64,000 nucleotides of DNA from Burkholderiales bacterium (GCA_050248795.1 JBFWRS010000002.1:69018-133017), one strand, 5' to 3'; shown: positions 27,922-37,662, numbered from the stretch's first letter. Notes: generated by a model not told the origin, from the letters alone. Numbers and translations: made by a program.

Positions 27922-29718
27922 ATGATCAAGAACACGCTTGTCGACCTGTCGAGACGATTGCTTCCCGACCTGTCATGGCGCAGGCGCGTCACGCGGGCGA
28001 ACCTGCGCGATGACGCGATGGCTGCGCTGATCGGCGCGGTCGTCGTCGTGCCCCAGGGCATCGCGTTCGCCACGCTCGCCGGGCTGCCGCCCGAGTACGG
28101 CCTGTACTGCGCGATGGTGCCCGCGATCGTTGGCGCGCTGTTCGGATCGAGCTGGCACCTGGTGTCCGGGCCGACGAACGCGATCTCGCTGGTCGTCTTC
28201 GCGACGCTGTCGCCGCTCGCAGCTACCGGCAGCGCGCAGTACGCGGCCCTCGCCCTCACGCTCGCGCTGATGGTCGGCATCCTGCAGCTGACCATGGGAC
28301 TGGCGCGGCTGGGAACGCTGATCAACTTCGTCTCGCACTCGGTCGTGGTCGGCTTCACGGCCGGCGCCGGGGTGCTGATCATCGTCGCGCAGATCAACAA
28401 CTTCTTCGGCCTCGCGCTGCCGCGGGGCTCGCTGCCGCAGACCCTCGGCGCCTTCGCCGCGAGCCTGGGAGACGTCAAGCCATGGGTGGTCGCGGTCGGC
28501 ATCCTGACCATCGTGGCCAGCATCGTCGCGCGCCGCTTCCTGCCGCGCGTTCCGCACATGGTTGTTGCGCTGCTTGCCGGTGGGGTGTTCGGCTGGATCC
28601 TCAATCGCCTCCTCGGCAAGTCCACCACCGGCATCGCCGAGATAGGCCTGCTGCCGGGTGCGCTGCCCGCGTTGACGGTCCCCGAGTTCGATGCGGCGAC
28701 ATTCGGCAAGCTCCTCGGGGTAGCGGTCGCGGTAGCGGTGCTCGGGCTGGTCGAGGCGGTGTCGATATCGCGCGCCATTGCTGCGCGCTCGGGCCAGCGC
28801 ATCGACGGCAATCGCGAGTTCGTCGGCCAGGGCCTGTCGAACATCGCCGGCAGCTTCTTCGGCGCGTACCCCTCCAGCGGCTCGTTCAACCGTTCAGGGC
28901 TGAACTACGATTCCGGCGCAAAGACCCCGCTTGCGGCGATGCTGTCGGCGCCCATGCTGGTGGTGGTGCTGCTCGTCATCTCGCCGCTGCTCGCCTACCT
29001 GCCGCTCGCGGCCATGGCCGGGTTGCTGTTCATGGTCGCGCTGAACCTGATCGACCTGCGCGCCATCCGGCACGTGCTGTCCTCCAGCCGCCAGGAGACC
29101 GCGGTGCTGGCGATCACGTTCGCCGCGACGCTGTTCGCGGAACTGGAGTTCGCCATCCTGTTTGGCGTCACGCTGTCGCTGACGCTGTACCTGAAGCGCA
29201 CGTCGCGCCCCGCGCTGCGCCCCATCGTGCCGGACGCGGGCAGCGAGGCGCGCAAGTTCAAGGTCGTCGAGCCGGGCCAGCCGGAATGCCCGCAGCTCAA
29301 GATCCTGCGGCTGGAGGGCTCGCTTTACTTCGGTGCCGTGAACCATGTCGCCACGGAGCTCGACGACCTGCGCGAGGCCGCGCCGGGGCAGAAGCACCTG
29401 CTGCTGCTGGTCAAGGGCATGAACTTCGTCGATGTCGCGGGTGCCGACCTGCTTGCCGAGGAGCGCATGCGGCGCCGGGCGGCGGGGGGCGAGCTCTACC
29501 TGCACGGCCTGCGCCCGGATGCGGCGGCGGCGCTGGAGCGCACCGGCTACATGCGCGGCGACAACCGCAAGCAGGTGTTCGCGCGCAAGCGCGATGCGCT
29601 CGCCGACATCGTGCCGAGGCTCGACCCGCGCGTGTGCGCAACCTGCACCGCGCGCATTTTCGAGGAATGCGCGGCACAGCCCGGACCGCCGCCGCGCGAG
29701 CCCGAGCCGCCGGCATAA
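27922..29718 (+). CDS. sulP: SulP/SLC26 anion transporter with STAS domain
   Basis: PQGIAFATLAGLPPEYGLY, SGPTNA, SSGSFNRS; C-terminal STAS domain and CxxC...C tail. Confidence 0.92.
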   Translation: MIKNTLVDLSRRLLPDLSWRRRVTRANLRDDAMAALIGAVVVVPQGIAFATLAGLPPEYGLYCAMVPAIVGALFGSSWHLVSGPTNAISLVVFATLSPLAATGSAQYAALALTLALMVGILQLTMGLARLGTLINFVSHSVVVGFTAGAGVLIIVAQINNFFGLALPRGSLPQTLGAFAASLGDVKPWVVAVGILTIVASIVARRFLPRVPHMVVALLAGGVFGWILNRLLGKSTTGIAEIGLLPGALPALTVPEFDAATFGKLLGVAVAVAVLGLVEAVSISRAIAARSGQRIDGNREFVGQGLSNIAGSFFGAYPSSGSFNRSGLNYDSGAKTPLAAMLSAPMLVVVLLVISPLLAYLPLAAMAGLLFMVALNLIDLRAIRHVLSSSRQETAVLAITFAATLFAELEFAILFGVTLSLTLYLKRTSRPALRPIVPDAGSEARKFKVVEPGQPECPQLKILRLEGSLYFGAVNHVATELDDLREAAPGQKHLLLLVKGMNFVDVAGADLLAEERMRRRAAGGELYLHGLRPDAAAALERTGYMRGDNRKQVFARKRDALADIVPRLDPRVCATCTARIFEECAAQPGPPPREPEPPA

Positions 29719-29752
29719 TGCGCATCCTTCAGTCTTCCACGGAGCATCTCCA

Positions 29753-30556
29753 ATGCGCGCTGCCGCACTGATCCGCCGAGCCGGCCTCGCCCTCGCCATC
29801 GCCGCATGCAGCGGCGCATGGAGCGGCGCCGCCCTCGCGCAGGCACAGACGACGCCAGCCGGCTACGAGCCCAAGTCCGGCCAGGCGGGCAAGGACGTAG
29901 TCTGGGTGCCGACGCCGCAGGTCGTGGTCGACAAAATGCTGGACATGGCGAAGGTGACGCCGCGCGACTTCGTCATCGATCTGGGCTCGGGCGACGGCCG
30001 CACCGTGATCACCGCGGCGAAGCGCGGCGCGAGTGCGCTTGGCATCGAGTACAACCCCGACATGGTCGAGCTGTCGAAGCGAAATGCCGAGAAGGAAGGC
30101 GTCGCCGGCAAGGCCAGCTTCATCAAGGCCGACCTGTTCGAGACCGACTTTGCCAGGGCCAGCGTGATCACCATGTTCCTGCTGCCGGACATCAACCTGA
30201 AGCTGCGGCCGAAGATCCTTTCCCTGAAGCCCGGCACGCGCATCGTCTCGAACAGCTTCACCATGGGCGAGTGGGCAGCGGACGAAACGGCGACGCTCAA
30301 CAATGATGCCGGCTGCACGGTATCCTGGTGTACGGCGCTGCTGTGGATCGTGCCGGCACGCGTCGCCGGCACGTACCAGGTGCCGCAGGGTGAGCTGACG
30401 CTGAAGCAGGAGTTCCAGATGCTCTCCGGCACGCTGCATACCGGGGGCAAGACGTACGTGTTGACCGGCAAGGTGACCGGCGAGGCGTTCGCGTTCAAGG
30501 CCGGCGGCCGCGAGTACCATGGCAGGATGAACGGCAAGGCGCTGGTGCTGCGCTGA
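29753..30556 (+). CDS. Class I SAM-dependent methyltransferase with N-terminal signal peptide
   Basis: VIDLGSGDGR motif I, GIEYN, ADLF; N-terminal basic-hydrophobic-ALA segment. Confidence 0.85.
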   Translation: MRAAALIRRAGLALAIAACSGAWSGAALAQAQTTPAGYEPKSGQAGKDVVWVPTPQVVVDKMLDMAKVTPRDFVIDLGSGDGRTVITAAKRGASALGIEYNPDMVELSKRNAEKEGVAGKASFIKADLFETDFARASVITMFLLPDINLKLRPKILSLKPGTRIVSNSFTMGEWAADETATLNNDAGCTVSWCTALLWIVPARVAGTYQVPQGELTLKQEFQMLSGTLHTGGKTYVLTGKVTGEAFAFKAGGREYHGRMNGKALVLR

Positions 30557-30601
30557 ACGCAGCGGCCGCGTCGCTGCGACGGGACGAACCGGGGGAACAA
30601 C

Positions 30602-31009
30602 GTGATAGAAATGAAGCTGGAGATCGCCGAGCGCGCAGCGCGGGCAGCGCTGGCCCAGGCCGCCAAGCTGGGCGTGGCGATGACGGTGTCCGTGGTGGAC
30701 GAGGCCGGGAACCTGGTAGTGACGCTGAAGGGAGACGGGACGGGTTTCCTGACCACCGAAACCTCGCGCGCGAAGGCAGTTGCCGCGGCAGCATTCCGGC
30801 GCTCGACGCGCGAGATGGTCGAGCTGCAGAAAAGCCACCCGGCGTTCTGGGCCGCCCTGCCCGCGATTTCGCGCAGCCAGGCGCTGCCCTCCACAGGTGC
30901 GGTGCCGATCGTCGTCGGCGGGCACGTGATCGGGGCGGTCGGCTGCGGCGGCGGATCGGCGGACGAGGACGACGAATGCGCGCGCGCCGGCGCAGCAGCG
31001 GCCGGCTGA
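30602..31009 (+). CDS. GlcG/HbpS family heme-binding protein
   Basis: VSVVDEAG, KAVAA, GAVPI, IGAVGCGGGSADEDDECA. Confidence 0.8.
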   Translation: MIEMKLEIAERAARAALAQAAKLGVAMTVSVVDEAGNLVVTLKGDGTGFLTTETSRAKAVAAAAFRRSTREMVELQKSHPAFWAALPAISRSQALPSTGAVPIVVGGHVIGAVGCGGGSADEDDECARAGAAAAG

Positions 31010-31044
31010 TCGGGCGTTTCAAACCCAAGGAAAGCGAGGAATCC

Positions 31045-31431
31045 ATGCTCAAGCACCACACCCCCAAGACCATCGCCGCGCCGTTCAGCGAATACCATCA
31101 CGGCATGGAGGCACCGGCCGGTGCCCGCCTCCTCTACATTTCCGGCCAGATCGGCGTGGCACCGGACGGCACGCTGCCCAAGACCATCGATGAGCAGTGC
31201 CGGCACGCCTGGGAAAACGTGTTCAAGGTGCTGCGCTCGGCGGGCATGGGCCCGGAGGACCTGCTTCGCATCAACCAGTACTGCGTGCGCCATGAGCACA
31301 TCGGCGCGATCCGCAAGATGCGGGTCGAGATGATGGGCGACACCTGGACCGGCTCGACCTTGCTTCGCGTCGCCTCGCTCGCCGACCCCGACTGGCTGAT
31401 CGAGATCGAGGGCGTGGCGGCGAAGGCCTGA
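31045..31431 (+). CDS. RidA/YjgF family protein
   Basis: LYISGQIG, IEIEGVA; GAGGA SD. Confidence 0.85.
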   Translation: MLKHHTPKTIAAPFSEYHHGMEAPAGARLLYISGQIGVAPDGTLPKTIDEQCRHAWENVFKVLRSAGMGPEDLLRINQYCVRHEHIGAIRKMRVEMMGDTWTGSTLLRVASLADPDWLIEIEGVAAKA

Positions 31432-31473
31432 GGGACTTCGGGGGTATTACCTTGTCCTGAGGCACCGGCCGGA

Positions 31474-32391
31474 TCACGAGATCTGGCGGTAGTAGATGTT
31501 CTGCGGGTGGTTCGCCTGCGCGAAGAAGTACCAGCGCTCGGCGTACAGGCCCAGCATCTGCACGACGAAAGCGGCGGCAGCCCAGCCCGCCGCCAGCAGC
31601 GGCAGCGGCAGCGCGAAGGCGCCGAGGAGGAAGCCCCATTTGATGGCGCGCAACTTGCCGCGGCTGGCGCCATGGAAGAACTCGCGCGTGTTGAACGTGC
31701 CGCCCATCGCGCCGAGCGACTTCTGCTCGATGCGCGGGTGCTTCACGCCGATCGCGGTCTGCGGGGTGGACTTCGGCCTCAGGCGCGCATTGCGCGCCAG
31801 CGACGCCAGGCGCGACAGCGCGGCGAACAGCGTAGCCGCGATCGCCGCCCGCGCCAGGTCGCCCGCGAACGCCGGCGCGAGTGCGTGCGCGAGCGCCGTC
31901 GCAAGCGTGAGCCCCGAGGCGATGCCGAGCAGCATGAAGTTCGCCACCGTCAGTGGGCTGTGCCATTCCTGCAGGAAGCGCAGGCAGGCGTAGATCATCG
32001 CCGTGCAGACGAACAACGCGATGCAGGCGAGCGCGCCCAGCGCCGCGAGGCCCCTGGACCAGGCGGCCGGCGCGTCCAGCCAATGCGATGCGCCCCAGGC
32101 GGCGACCAGGCCCATGAACAACGGCAGCGCGATGACTTCACGCGACAGCCACGAGGTGCGCCACATCGCCGCCGCGCGCCAGGCCCGCTCGGGGCGGCCA
32201 AGGTGAAAGAAGGACGCGGCCAGGCCGAGCACGAGGAGCGCGAGCGATGCCGCGCTGCCGGCGACCAGCAGCGTGCGCAGCCCCGCGTCCGCCGGTGCGG
32301 CAAGCTCGGCGAGCACGGCAAGCGCGAGGAACAGGCCCTGTCCGGCGCCGATGAGCGTGGTGAGCAGCAGTACCGAGGCGGCCGGACGCAT
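31474..32391 (-). CDS. soeC: Sulfite dehydrogenase membrane anchor (DmsC family)
   Basis: SFFHLGRP, SWLSRE, ERWYFFA, HPQNIYY. Confidence 0.88.
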   Translation of the reverse strand: MRPAASVLLLTTLIGAGQGLFLALAVLAELAAPADAGLRTLLVAGSAASLALLVLGLAASFFHLGRPERAWRAAAMWRTSWLSREVIALPLFMGLVAAWGASHWLDAPAAWSRGLAALGALACIALFVCTAMIYACLRFLQEWHSPLTVANFMLLGIASGLTLATALAHALAPAFAGDLARAAIAATLFAALSRLASLARNARLRPKSTPQTAIGVKHPRIEQKSLGAMGGTFNTREFFHGASRGKLRAIKWGFLLGAFALPLPLLAAGWAAAAFVVQMLGLYAERWYFFAQANHPQNIYYRQIS

Positions 32392-32401
32392 CGGGTTCGC
32401 C

Positions 32402-33133
32402 CTACCAGCTCGTCACGTCGTCCAGCGACGGCTCGTCCAGCCGCGGCTTGGGCAGCCTGCCATCGACCTTCAGCGGGTTGTCGACCCGCTCCAGCTCGTC
32501 CGCGTGCAGCTGGATCGTGGTCTTCCTGCGCGGCAGGTAATGATTGGCAGGCTGCGTCCCCCACTCGGGCATCAGCGCATAGCCGCCCGCATCGCGTATC
32601 GCCTGCGAGACCGCCGATGCCGGATCGTGGATGTCGCCGAACAGGCGCGCGCTGGTCGGGCACGCCATCACGCAGGCAGGCTTTCTCTCCGCCTCGGGCA
32701 GCGATGCGTCGGTGACGCGGTCTACGCACAGCGTGCACTTGGTCATCACCTTCTCGCGCTCGTCGAGCTCGCGCGCGCCATAGGGGCAGGCCCAGGCGCA
32801 GTACTTGCAGCCGATGCACTTGTCGTAATCGACCAGCACGATGCCGTCCTCGGCGCGCTTGTACGAGGCGCCGGTGGGGCACACCGGCACGCAGGGCGGA
32901 TCCTCGCAATGCAGGCAGGACTTCGGAAAGTGCAGCGTGTCGGTGGCCGGGTACTCGCCCACTTCCCAGGTCTGCACGCGGTTGAAGAACGTCCCGGTGG
33001 GATCCTTCTCGTACGGATTCTCGTCCACCAGCGGCCCGGCCGGCCCGGAGGTGTTCCACTGCTTGCAGCTCGTCACACAGGCGTGGCAGCCGACGCAGAC
33101 GTTGAGGTCGATCACCAGCGCGAGCTGCGTCAC
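32402..33133 (-). CDS. soeB: Sulfite dehydrogenase 4Fe-4S subunit
   Basis: CVGCHAC, CLHCEDPPC, CIGCKYC, CTLC; GTG start. Confidence 0.9.
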   Translation of the reverse strand: MTQLALVIDLNVCVGCHACVTSCKQWNTSGPAGPLVDENPYEKDPTGTFFNRVQTWEVGEYPATDTLHFPKSCLHCEDPPCVPVCPTGASYKRAEDGIVLVDYDKCIGCKYCAWACPYGARELDEREKVMTKCTLCVDRVTDASLPEAERKPACVMACPTSARLFGDIHDPASAVSQAIRDAGGYALMPEWGTQPANHYLPRRKTTIQLHADELERVDNPLKVDGRLPKPRLDEPSLDDVTSW

Positions 33134-36000
33134 CTGCGTGCCCCCTTGCCTGCGGCATAGGCCTGCCAGCGGAGCGGGCTCGCGCGCGTACCCGCAAGCG
33201 CGCCCACCGCCTGTGCCATCGGCGCGACCTCCTGCGGCTCGTCCGCCGCTGCCGGGTAGATGCGCACGCGCACGTCGTACCAGCCGGCCTGTCCGGTGAC
33301 CGGGTCGGAATTGGAGATGCGCGCGCCATCGCGCCCCGGCAGCTCGTCGCTTATCAGGTGGTTCAGCAGGAAGCCGCGCTTCGCCTCGTTGGCGTCGGGC
33401 GTGAGGCCCCAGGCGCCGGGCGCCTTGCCGATCGCGTTCCAGGTCCATACGGTGCCGGGCTCGACCGCCTCGGAATGGCGGCACATGCAGCGCACCCTGC
33501 CCCACGGCGACTCGACCCAGATCCAGCCGCCATCCTCGATGCCCCTGGCGCGCGCGAGCGCCGAGTTGACGAACAGGTAGTTGTGCGCGTGTATCTGCCG
33601 CAGCCAGGCGTTCTGCGAGTCCCAGGAGTGGTACATGGCCATCGGCCGCTGCGTGACCGCGGCCAGCGGAAAGCGCTCGGCGTCGGTGGCCTGCATCTCG
33701 AGCGGCGGGCTATAGAACGGCAGCGGGTCGCAATGCTCGGCAAGCCTCGCCGCATGGCGCTGCGGCGGCTTGCGCCCGGGCCACCTGCCTTCGCCGGCGA
33801 GGCGGAATTTCTGCAGGACCTCGGAGTACAGCTGGATCACGATCGGGTCGCCGAAGCGCCGCAGGCGCGCGCGCTGCGCCCATTCGGCGTAGCCGCGGTT
33901 CCAGTTGCGCATGTACTGGTAGGACGGTGCCATGCGCAGGTGGTGCACGCAGTTGTTTGCCGCGTACATCTCCCACTGCCGCGGATTCGGCTCGCCGCGC
34001 ATGGTCTTCTCGCCGCCGGTGCCGCGCCAGCCGGAGAGGAAGCCGATGCCGGAGCCGGGTTCGGTCTCGAAGTTGACGATGAAATCCGGGTAGTCGCGGT
34101 ACTTGCGGCTGCCGTCCGGGCGCACGAACGCCGGCAGCCCGAGCCGCGACGCCAGTTCGATCAGCACTTCCTGGAACGGCTTGCACTCGCCGGTCGGCGG
34201 CACCACCGGCACGCGCACGGCGTCCACCGGGCCATCGAATTCTGAGATCGGCCGATCCAGCAGCGACATGACGTCATGGCGCTCGAGGTACGTCGTGTCC
34301 GGCAGCACCAGGTCGGCGAAGCCGGCGGTTTCCGACTGGAACGCGTCGCACACCACGAGAAAGGGAATGCGGTACTCGCCGTCATCTGCGCGGTCGGTGA
34401 GCATGCGCCGCGCCTCCATGGTGCCCATGCTGGAATTCCACGCCATGTTCGCCATGAAGATCATCAGCGTGTCGAGCGGGTACGGGTCGCCGCGCCACGC
34501 ATTGACGATGACGTTGTGCATCATGCCGTGCACCGACAGCGGGTACTCCCACGAGAACGCCTTGTCTATGCGCACCGGCTCGCCCGCCGCATCGACGAAA
34601 AGGTCGTCCGGCGAACCCGGCCAGCCCATTGCCAGGCCCGCGAGCGGCTTGCCGGGCTGGATCGCCTCGGGGCCGCGCGGCGTCTTCGCCGCGGGCGGGA
34701 TCGCACGCGGAAACGGCGCCTTGTGGCGGAAACCGCCCGGCCGGTCGATGGTGCCGAGCAGGCTCATCAGGATGGCGAGCGCGCGGATGGTCTGGAAGCC
34801 GTTGGAATGCGCGGCAAGGCCACGCATCGCATGGAAGGCAACCGGATTGCCGGTAACCGATTCGTGCTCGCGGCCCCAGGAATCGGTCCACGCGATCGGC
34901 AGCTCGATCTTCTGGTCGCGCGCGACGACGCCAAGTTCATGCGCCAGCCGGCGAATGGTCGCCGCCGGCACGCCGCATACGCCTTCCGCCCACTCGGGCG
35001 TGTAGCGCGCGGCGCGGTCCGCAAGCAGCTGGAACGCGGGCTTCACCGGCGTACCGTCCTCGAGCGTGAAGCTGCCGAACAGCGCCGGGTCGGCGCCTTC
35101 GGTGTGCGTGGGCACGGCGCAGTCGCCGTGCCGGTCCCACCACAGCTGGTTGTGCGCCATGCCCTCCTCCGGCGAGGGCTCGGTGCCGTCGGTGGCGAGC
35201 AGGCCGTGCAGCGCCGATCCGGCGTCCAGGTTCACCAGGTGGCCGGCGTTCGAGTAGCGCGCGAGGAAGTCGCGGTCGTAAAGGCCGCGCGCGATCAGTT
35301 CATGGATGATCGCCAGCAGCAGCGCACCGTCGGTGCCGGGCCGGATCGGCACCCATTCGTCGGCAATCGCGGAATAGCCGGTGCGCACCGGATTCACCGA
35401 GATGAAGCGTCCGCCGCGCCGCTTGAACTTCGAGATCGCGATCTTCAGCGGGTTCGAGTGATGGTCCTCCGCGGTGCCGATCATCACGAACACGCGCGCG
35501 CGATCGAGGTCGGGCCCGCCGAACTCCCAGAACGAGCCGCCGATGGTGTAGATCATCCCCGCTGCCATGTTCACCGAGCAGAAACCGCCGTGCGCGGCGT
35601 AGTTCGGCGTGCCGAACTGGCGCGCGAACAGCCCGGTGAGCGCCTGCATCTGGTCGCGCCCGGTGAACAGCGCAAAGCGCTTGGGGTCGGTGGCGCGGAT
35701 GCCGGCAAGCCTCTTTTCCAGGATCGCGAACGCCTCGTCCCAGGAAATCGGGTCGTAGATACCGGCGCCGCGCTCGCTGCCCGCGCGGCGCAGCAAGGGG
35801 CGCGTCAGGCGCGCCGGCGAGTACTGCTTCATGATTCCCGACGACCCCTTGGCACACAGCACGCCCTGGTTGAGCGGATGCTCGGGATTGCCTTCGATGT
35901 AGCGCACCTGCCCGTCGCGCAGGTGCACGCGTATGCCGCAGCGGCAGGCGCACATGTAGCAGGTGCTGGTCCTGATGGTGGTCTCGGCGCCGGTACGCAT
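33130..36000 (-). CDS. soeA: Sulfite dehydrogenase (quinone) molybdopterin subunit
   Basis: TCYMCACRCG, FTGRDQMQAL, AAHGGFCSVNMAA, MYHSWDSQNAWLRQI; no Tat signal. Confidence 0.9.
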   Translation of the reverse strand: MRTGAETTIRTSTCYMCACRCGIRVHLRDGQVRYIEGNPEHPLNQGVLCAKGSSGIMKQYSPARLTRPLLRRAGSERGAGIYDPISWDEAFAILEKRLAGIRATDPKRFALFTGRDQMQALTGLFARQFGTPNYAAHGGFCSVNMAAGMIYTIGGSFWEFGGPDLDRARVFVMIGTAEDHHSNPLKIAISKFKRRGGRFISVNPVRTGYSAIADEWVPIRPGTDGALLLAIIHELIARGLYDRDFLARYSNAGHLVNLDAGSALHGLLATDGTEPSPEEGMAHNQLWWDRHGDCAVPTHTEGADPALFGSFTLEDGTPVKPAFQLLADRAARYTPEWAEGVCGVPAATIRRLAHELGVVARDQKIELPIAWTDSWGREHESVTGNPVAFHAMRGLAAHSNGFQTIRALAILMSLLGTIDRPGGFRHKAPFPRAIPPAAKTPRGPEAIQPGKPLAGLAMGWPGSPDDLFVDAAGEPVRIDKAFSWEYPLSVHGMMHNVIVNAWRGDPYPLDTLMIFMANMAWNSSMGTMEARRMLTDRADDGEYRIPFLVVCDAFQSETAGFADLVLPDTTYLERHDVMSLLDRPISEFDGPVDAVRVPVVPPTGECKPFQEVLIELASRLGLPAFVRPDGSRKYRDYPDFIVNFETEPGSGIGFLSGWRGTGGEKTMRGEPNPRQWEMYAANNCVHHLRMAPSYQYMRNWNRGYAEWAQRARLRRFGDPIVIQLYSEVLQKFRLAGEGRWPGRKPPQRHAARLAEHCDPLPFYSPPLEMQATDAERFPLAAVTQRPMAMYHSWDSQNAWLRQIHAHNYLFVNSALARARGIEDGGWIWVESPWGRVRCMCRHSEAVEPGTVWTWNAIGKAPGAWGLTPDANEAKRGFLLNHLISDELPGRDGARISNSDPVTGQAGWYDVRVRIYPAAADEPQEVAPMAQAVGALAGTRASPLRWQAYAAGKGARR

Positions 36001-36058
36001 CGCCGGGCGATTGTTCGCGCTTCGCGCCGACACCGCCAACGAAACGTCCTGATCGACC

Positions 36059-36087
36059 CATAAGTAGGCCACAATATCCTGCTTATG
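36059..36087. promoter_or_regulatory. Imperfect inverted repeat, candidate operator between soeA and the divergent gene
   Basis: CATAAGTAGG-N9-CCTGCTTATG (9/10 complementary) in an AT-rich spacer. Confidence 0.45.
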
Positions 36088-36183
36088 ATAAAGGCCAAGC
36101 GGGTGAAACGCCTGTCCGCTCCGGGGCTTGCACAAACTCCCTATGCTAGACTCGGCGCCGCTGTCTTCTTGAGGAACCCGACC

Positions 36184-36768
36184 ATGGCTTCGATCTTCCA
36201 GTCCCTCGGCCGCACCATAGCGGCCGGTGTAGTTCTCGTTATCATCCTCATGGGCATCGCCGGCAAATTCGGCGCCCTGGGCGAGCACACCTACTGGGCA
36301 TTCATCATGCGCTGGCTGCACGTCATTTCCGGCGTCATGTGGATCGGCCTGCTGTGGTACTTCAACTTCGTGCAGATCCCGTCGATGCCGAAGATCCCGG
36401 ACGAACAGAAGCCCGCGATCGGCAAGGTAATCGCCCCGGAGGCGCTGTTCTGGTTCCGCTGGGCTGCGCTCGCCACGATCGTCACCGGCCTGCTGCTCGC
36501 CGGCATGAACGGCTACCTCGGCGCCGCGCTGAGCCTGGCCAAGCCCTTCCATGCCATCGGCCTGGGCATGTGGCTCGGCCTGATCATGGCGTTCAATGTC
36601 TGGTTCATCATCTGGCCCAACCAGAAGAAGGCGCTGGGCATGGTGCAGGTCGAGGCCGACGCGAAGGCCAAGGCCGCGCGCATGGCCATGCTGACCTCGC
36701 GCGCCAACACCATGCTGTCCATCCCGATGCTCTATTGCATGGTGGCGCAGCAGAACGCCGGCCTGTAG
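36184..36768 (+). CDS. PuuD-like (urate oxidase N-terminal domain) membrane protein, short form with no cytochrome c
   Basis: RWLHVISGVMWIGLLWYFNFVQ, WFRWAA, NVWFIIWPNQKK, SRANTMLSIP. Confidence 0.65.
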   Translation: MASIFQSLGRTIAAGVVLVIILMGIAGKFGALGEHTYWAFIMRWLHVISGVMWIGLLWYFNFVQIPSMPKIPDEQKPAIGKVIAPEALFWFRWAALATIVTGLLLAGMNGYLGAALSLAKPFHAIGLGMWLGLIMAFNVWFIIWPNQKKALGMVQVEADAKAKAARMAMLTSRANTMLSIPMLYCMVAQQNAGL

Positions 36769-36794
36769 CGCAGGCCGCCGCACAGGGCAATCCG

Positions 36795-36850
36795 GAACGG
36801 GGCTTCGGCCCCGCCGGTCACGAACGGGGCTTCGGCCCCGTTTTGCTTTT
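36795..36850 (+). terminator. Tandemly duplicated hairpin terminator
   Basis: gaacggggcttcggccccg twice (36795-36813 and 36822-36840); the second is followed by TTTTGCTTTT. Confidence 0.8.
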
Positions 36851-36864
36851 CGGCGGCTGCCTGA

Positions 36865-37662
36865 TCAAGCCGATTTCGACCGCGTCGCGCGCGCGCTGTC
36901 GAGGAACTCGGCCAGGATCGGCGAGCAGTCGAGCAGGTCGCGGCCGCCGTTGTCGTGGAACTCGGGGTGCCATTGCACGCCGACCACGTAGCTCGAACCG
37001 TTCCAGCGCACCGCCTCCACCACGCCGTCCGGCACCGAGGTCGCCTCGACCACGAGCCCTCGCCCCAGCCGGTTGAGCGCCTGATGGTGTATCGAAGTGA
37101 CCAGCCCGCCCGTGGACATTGCGTAAAGGCGCCCGAGCCCCGAGCCCGGCACGAACGCGACATCGTGGGTATGGGCGTCGTACGCCTTCCAGTCCACGTG
37201 CGGCTGCGTGCCCGGGATCTGCTGCGCGATGTCCTGCCACAGCGAGCCGCCGAGCGCGACATTGATCAGCTGGATGCCGCGGCAGATGCCGAGCACCGGC
37301 TTGCGCTGGATCACGCACTCCCAGAACAGTTCGATCTCGTACTGGTCGCGCGCGCGATCGCCGCTCCACTCCGGGCGCAGGGCCTCCTCGCCGTAGCTCT
37401 TCGGGCTGACGTCAGCGCCGCCCTGAAACACCAGCCCGTCCAGCGCCTGGACGTAGTGGCGCATGCTCACCGCGGCACGCGACAGCGTCGCACCGGTTTC
37501 CGTGGTCGGCACCATCAGCGCGAGCGCGCCGTGAGACATGATCCAGTGGGCCACCGACTGCTCGAGGTACTGCAGGGTCTTGCCCCGGAAGCCCAGTTCC
37601 GCCGGGGGATCGTGCAGCAGCCGCGCCGAGAGCCCGATGCGAAGTGGTGCGTCGTCGCTCAT
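36865..37662 (-). CDS. Gamma-glutamyl-GABA hydrolase-like protein (peptidase C26, class I glutamine amidotransferase)
   Basis: GGADVSP, LGICRG (Cys), VQWHPE (His, Glu). Confidence 0.9.
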   Translation of the reverse strand: MSDDAPLRIGLSARLLHDPPAELGFRGKTLQYLEQSVAHWIMSHGALALMVPTTETGATLSRAAVSMRHYVQALDGLVFQGGADVSPKSYGEEALRPEWSGDRARDQYEIELFWECVIQRKPVLGICRGIQLINVALGGSLWQDIAQQIPGTQPHVDWKAYDAHTHDVAFVPGSGLGRLYAMSTGGLVTSIHHQALNRLGRGLVVEATSVPDGVVEAVRWNGSSYVVGVQWHPEFHDNGGRDLLDCSPILAEFLDSARATRSKSA

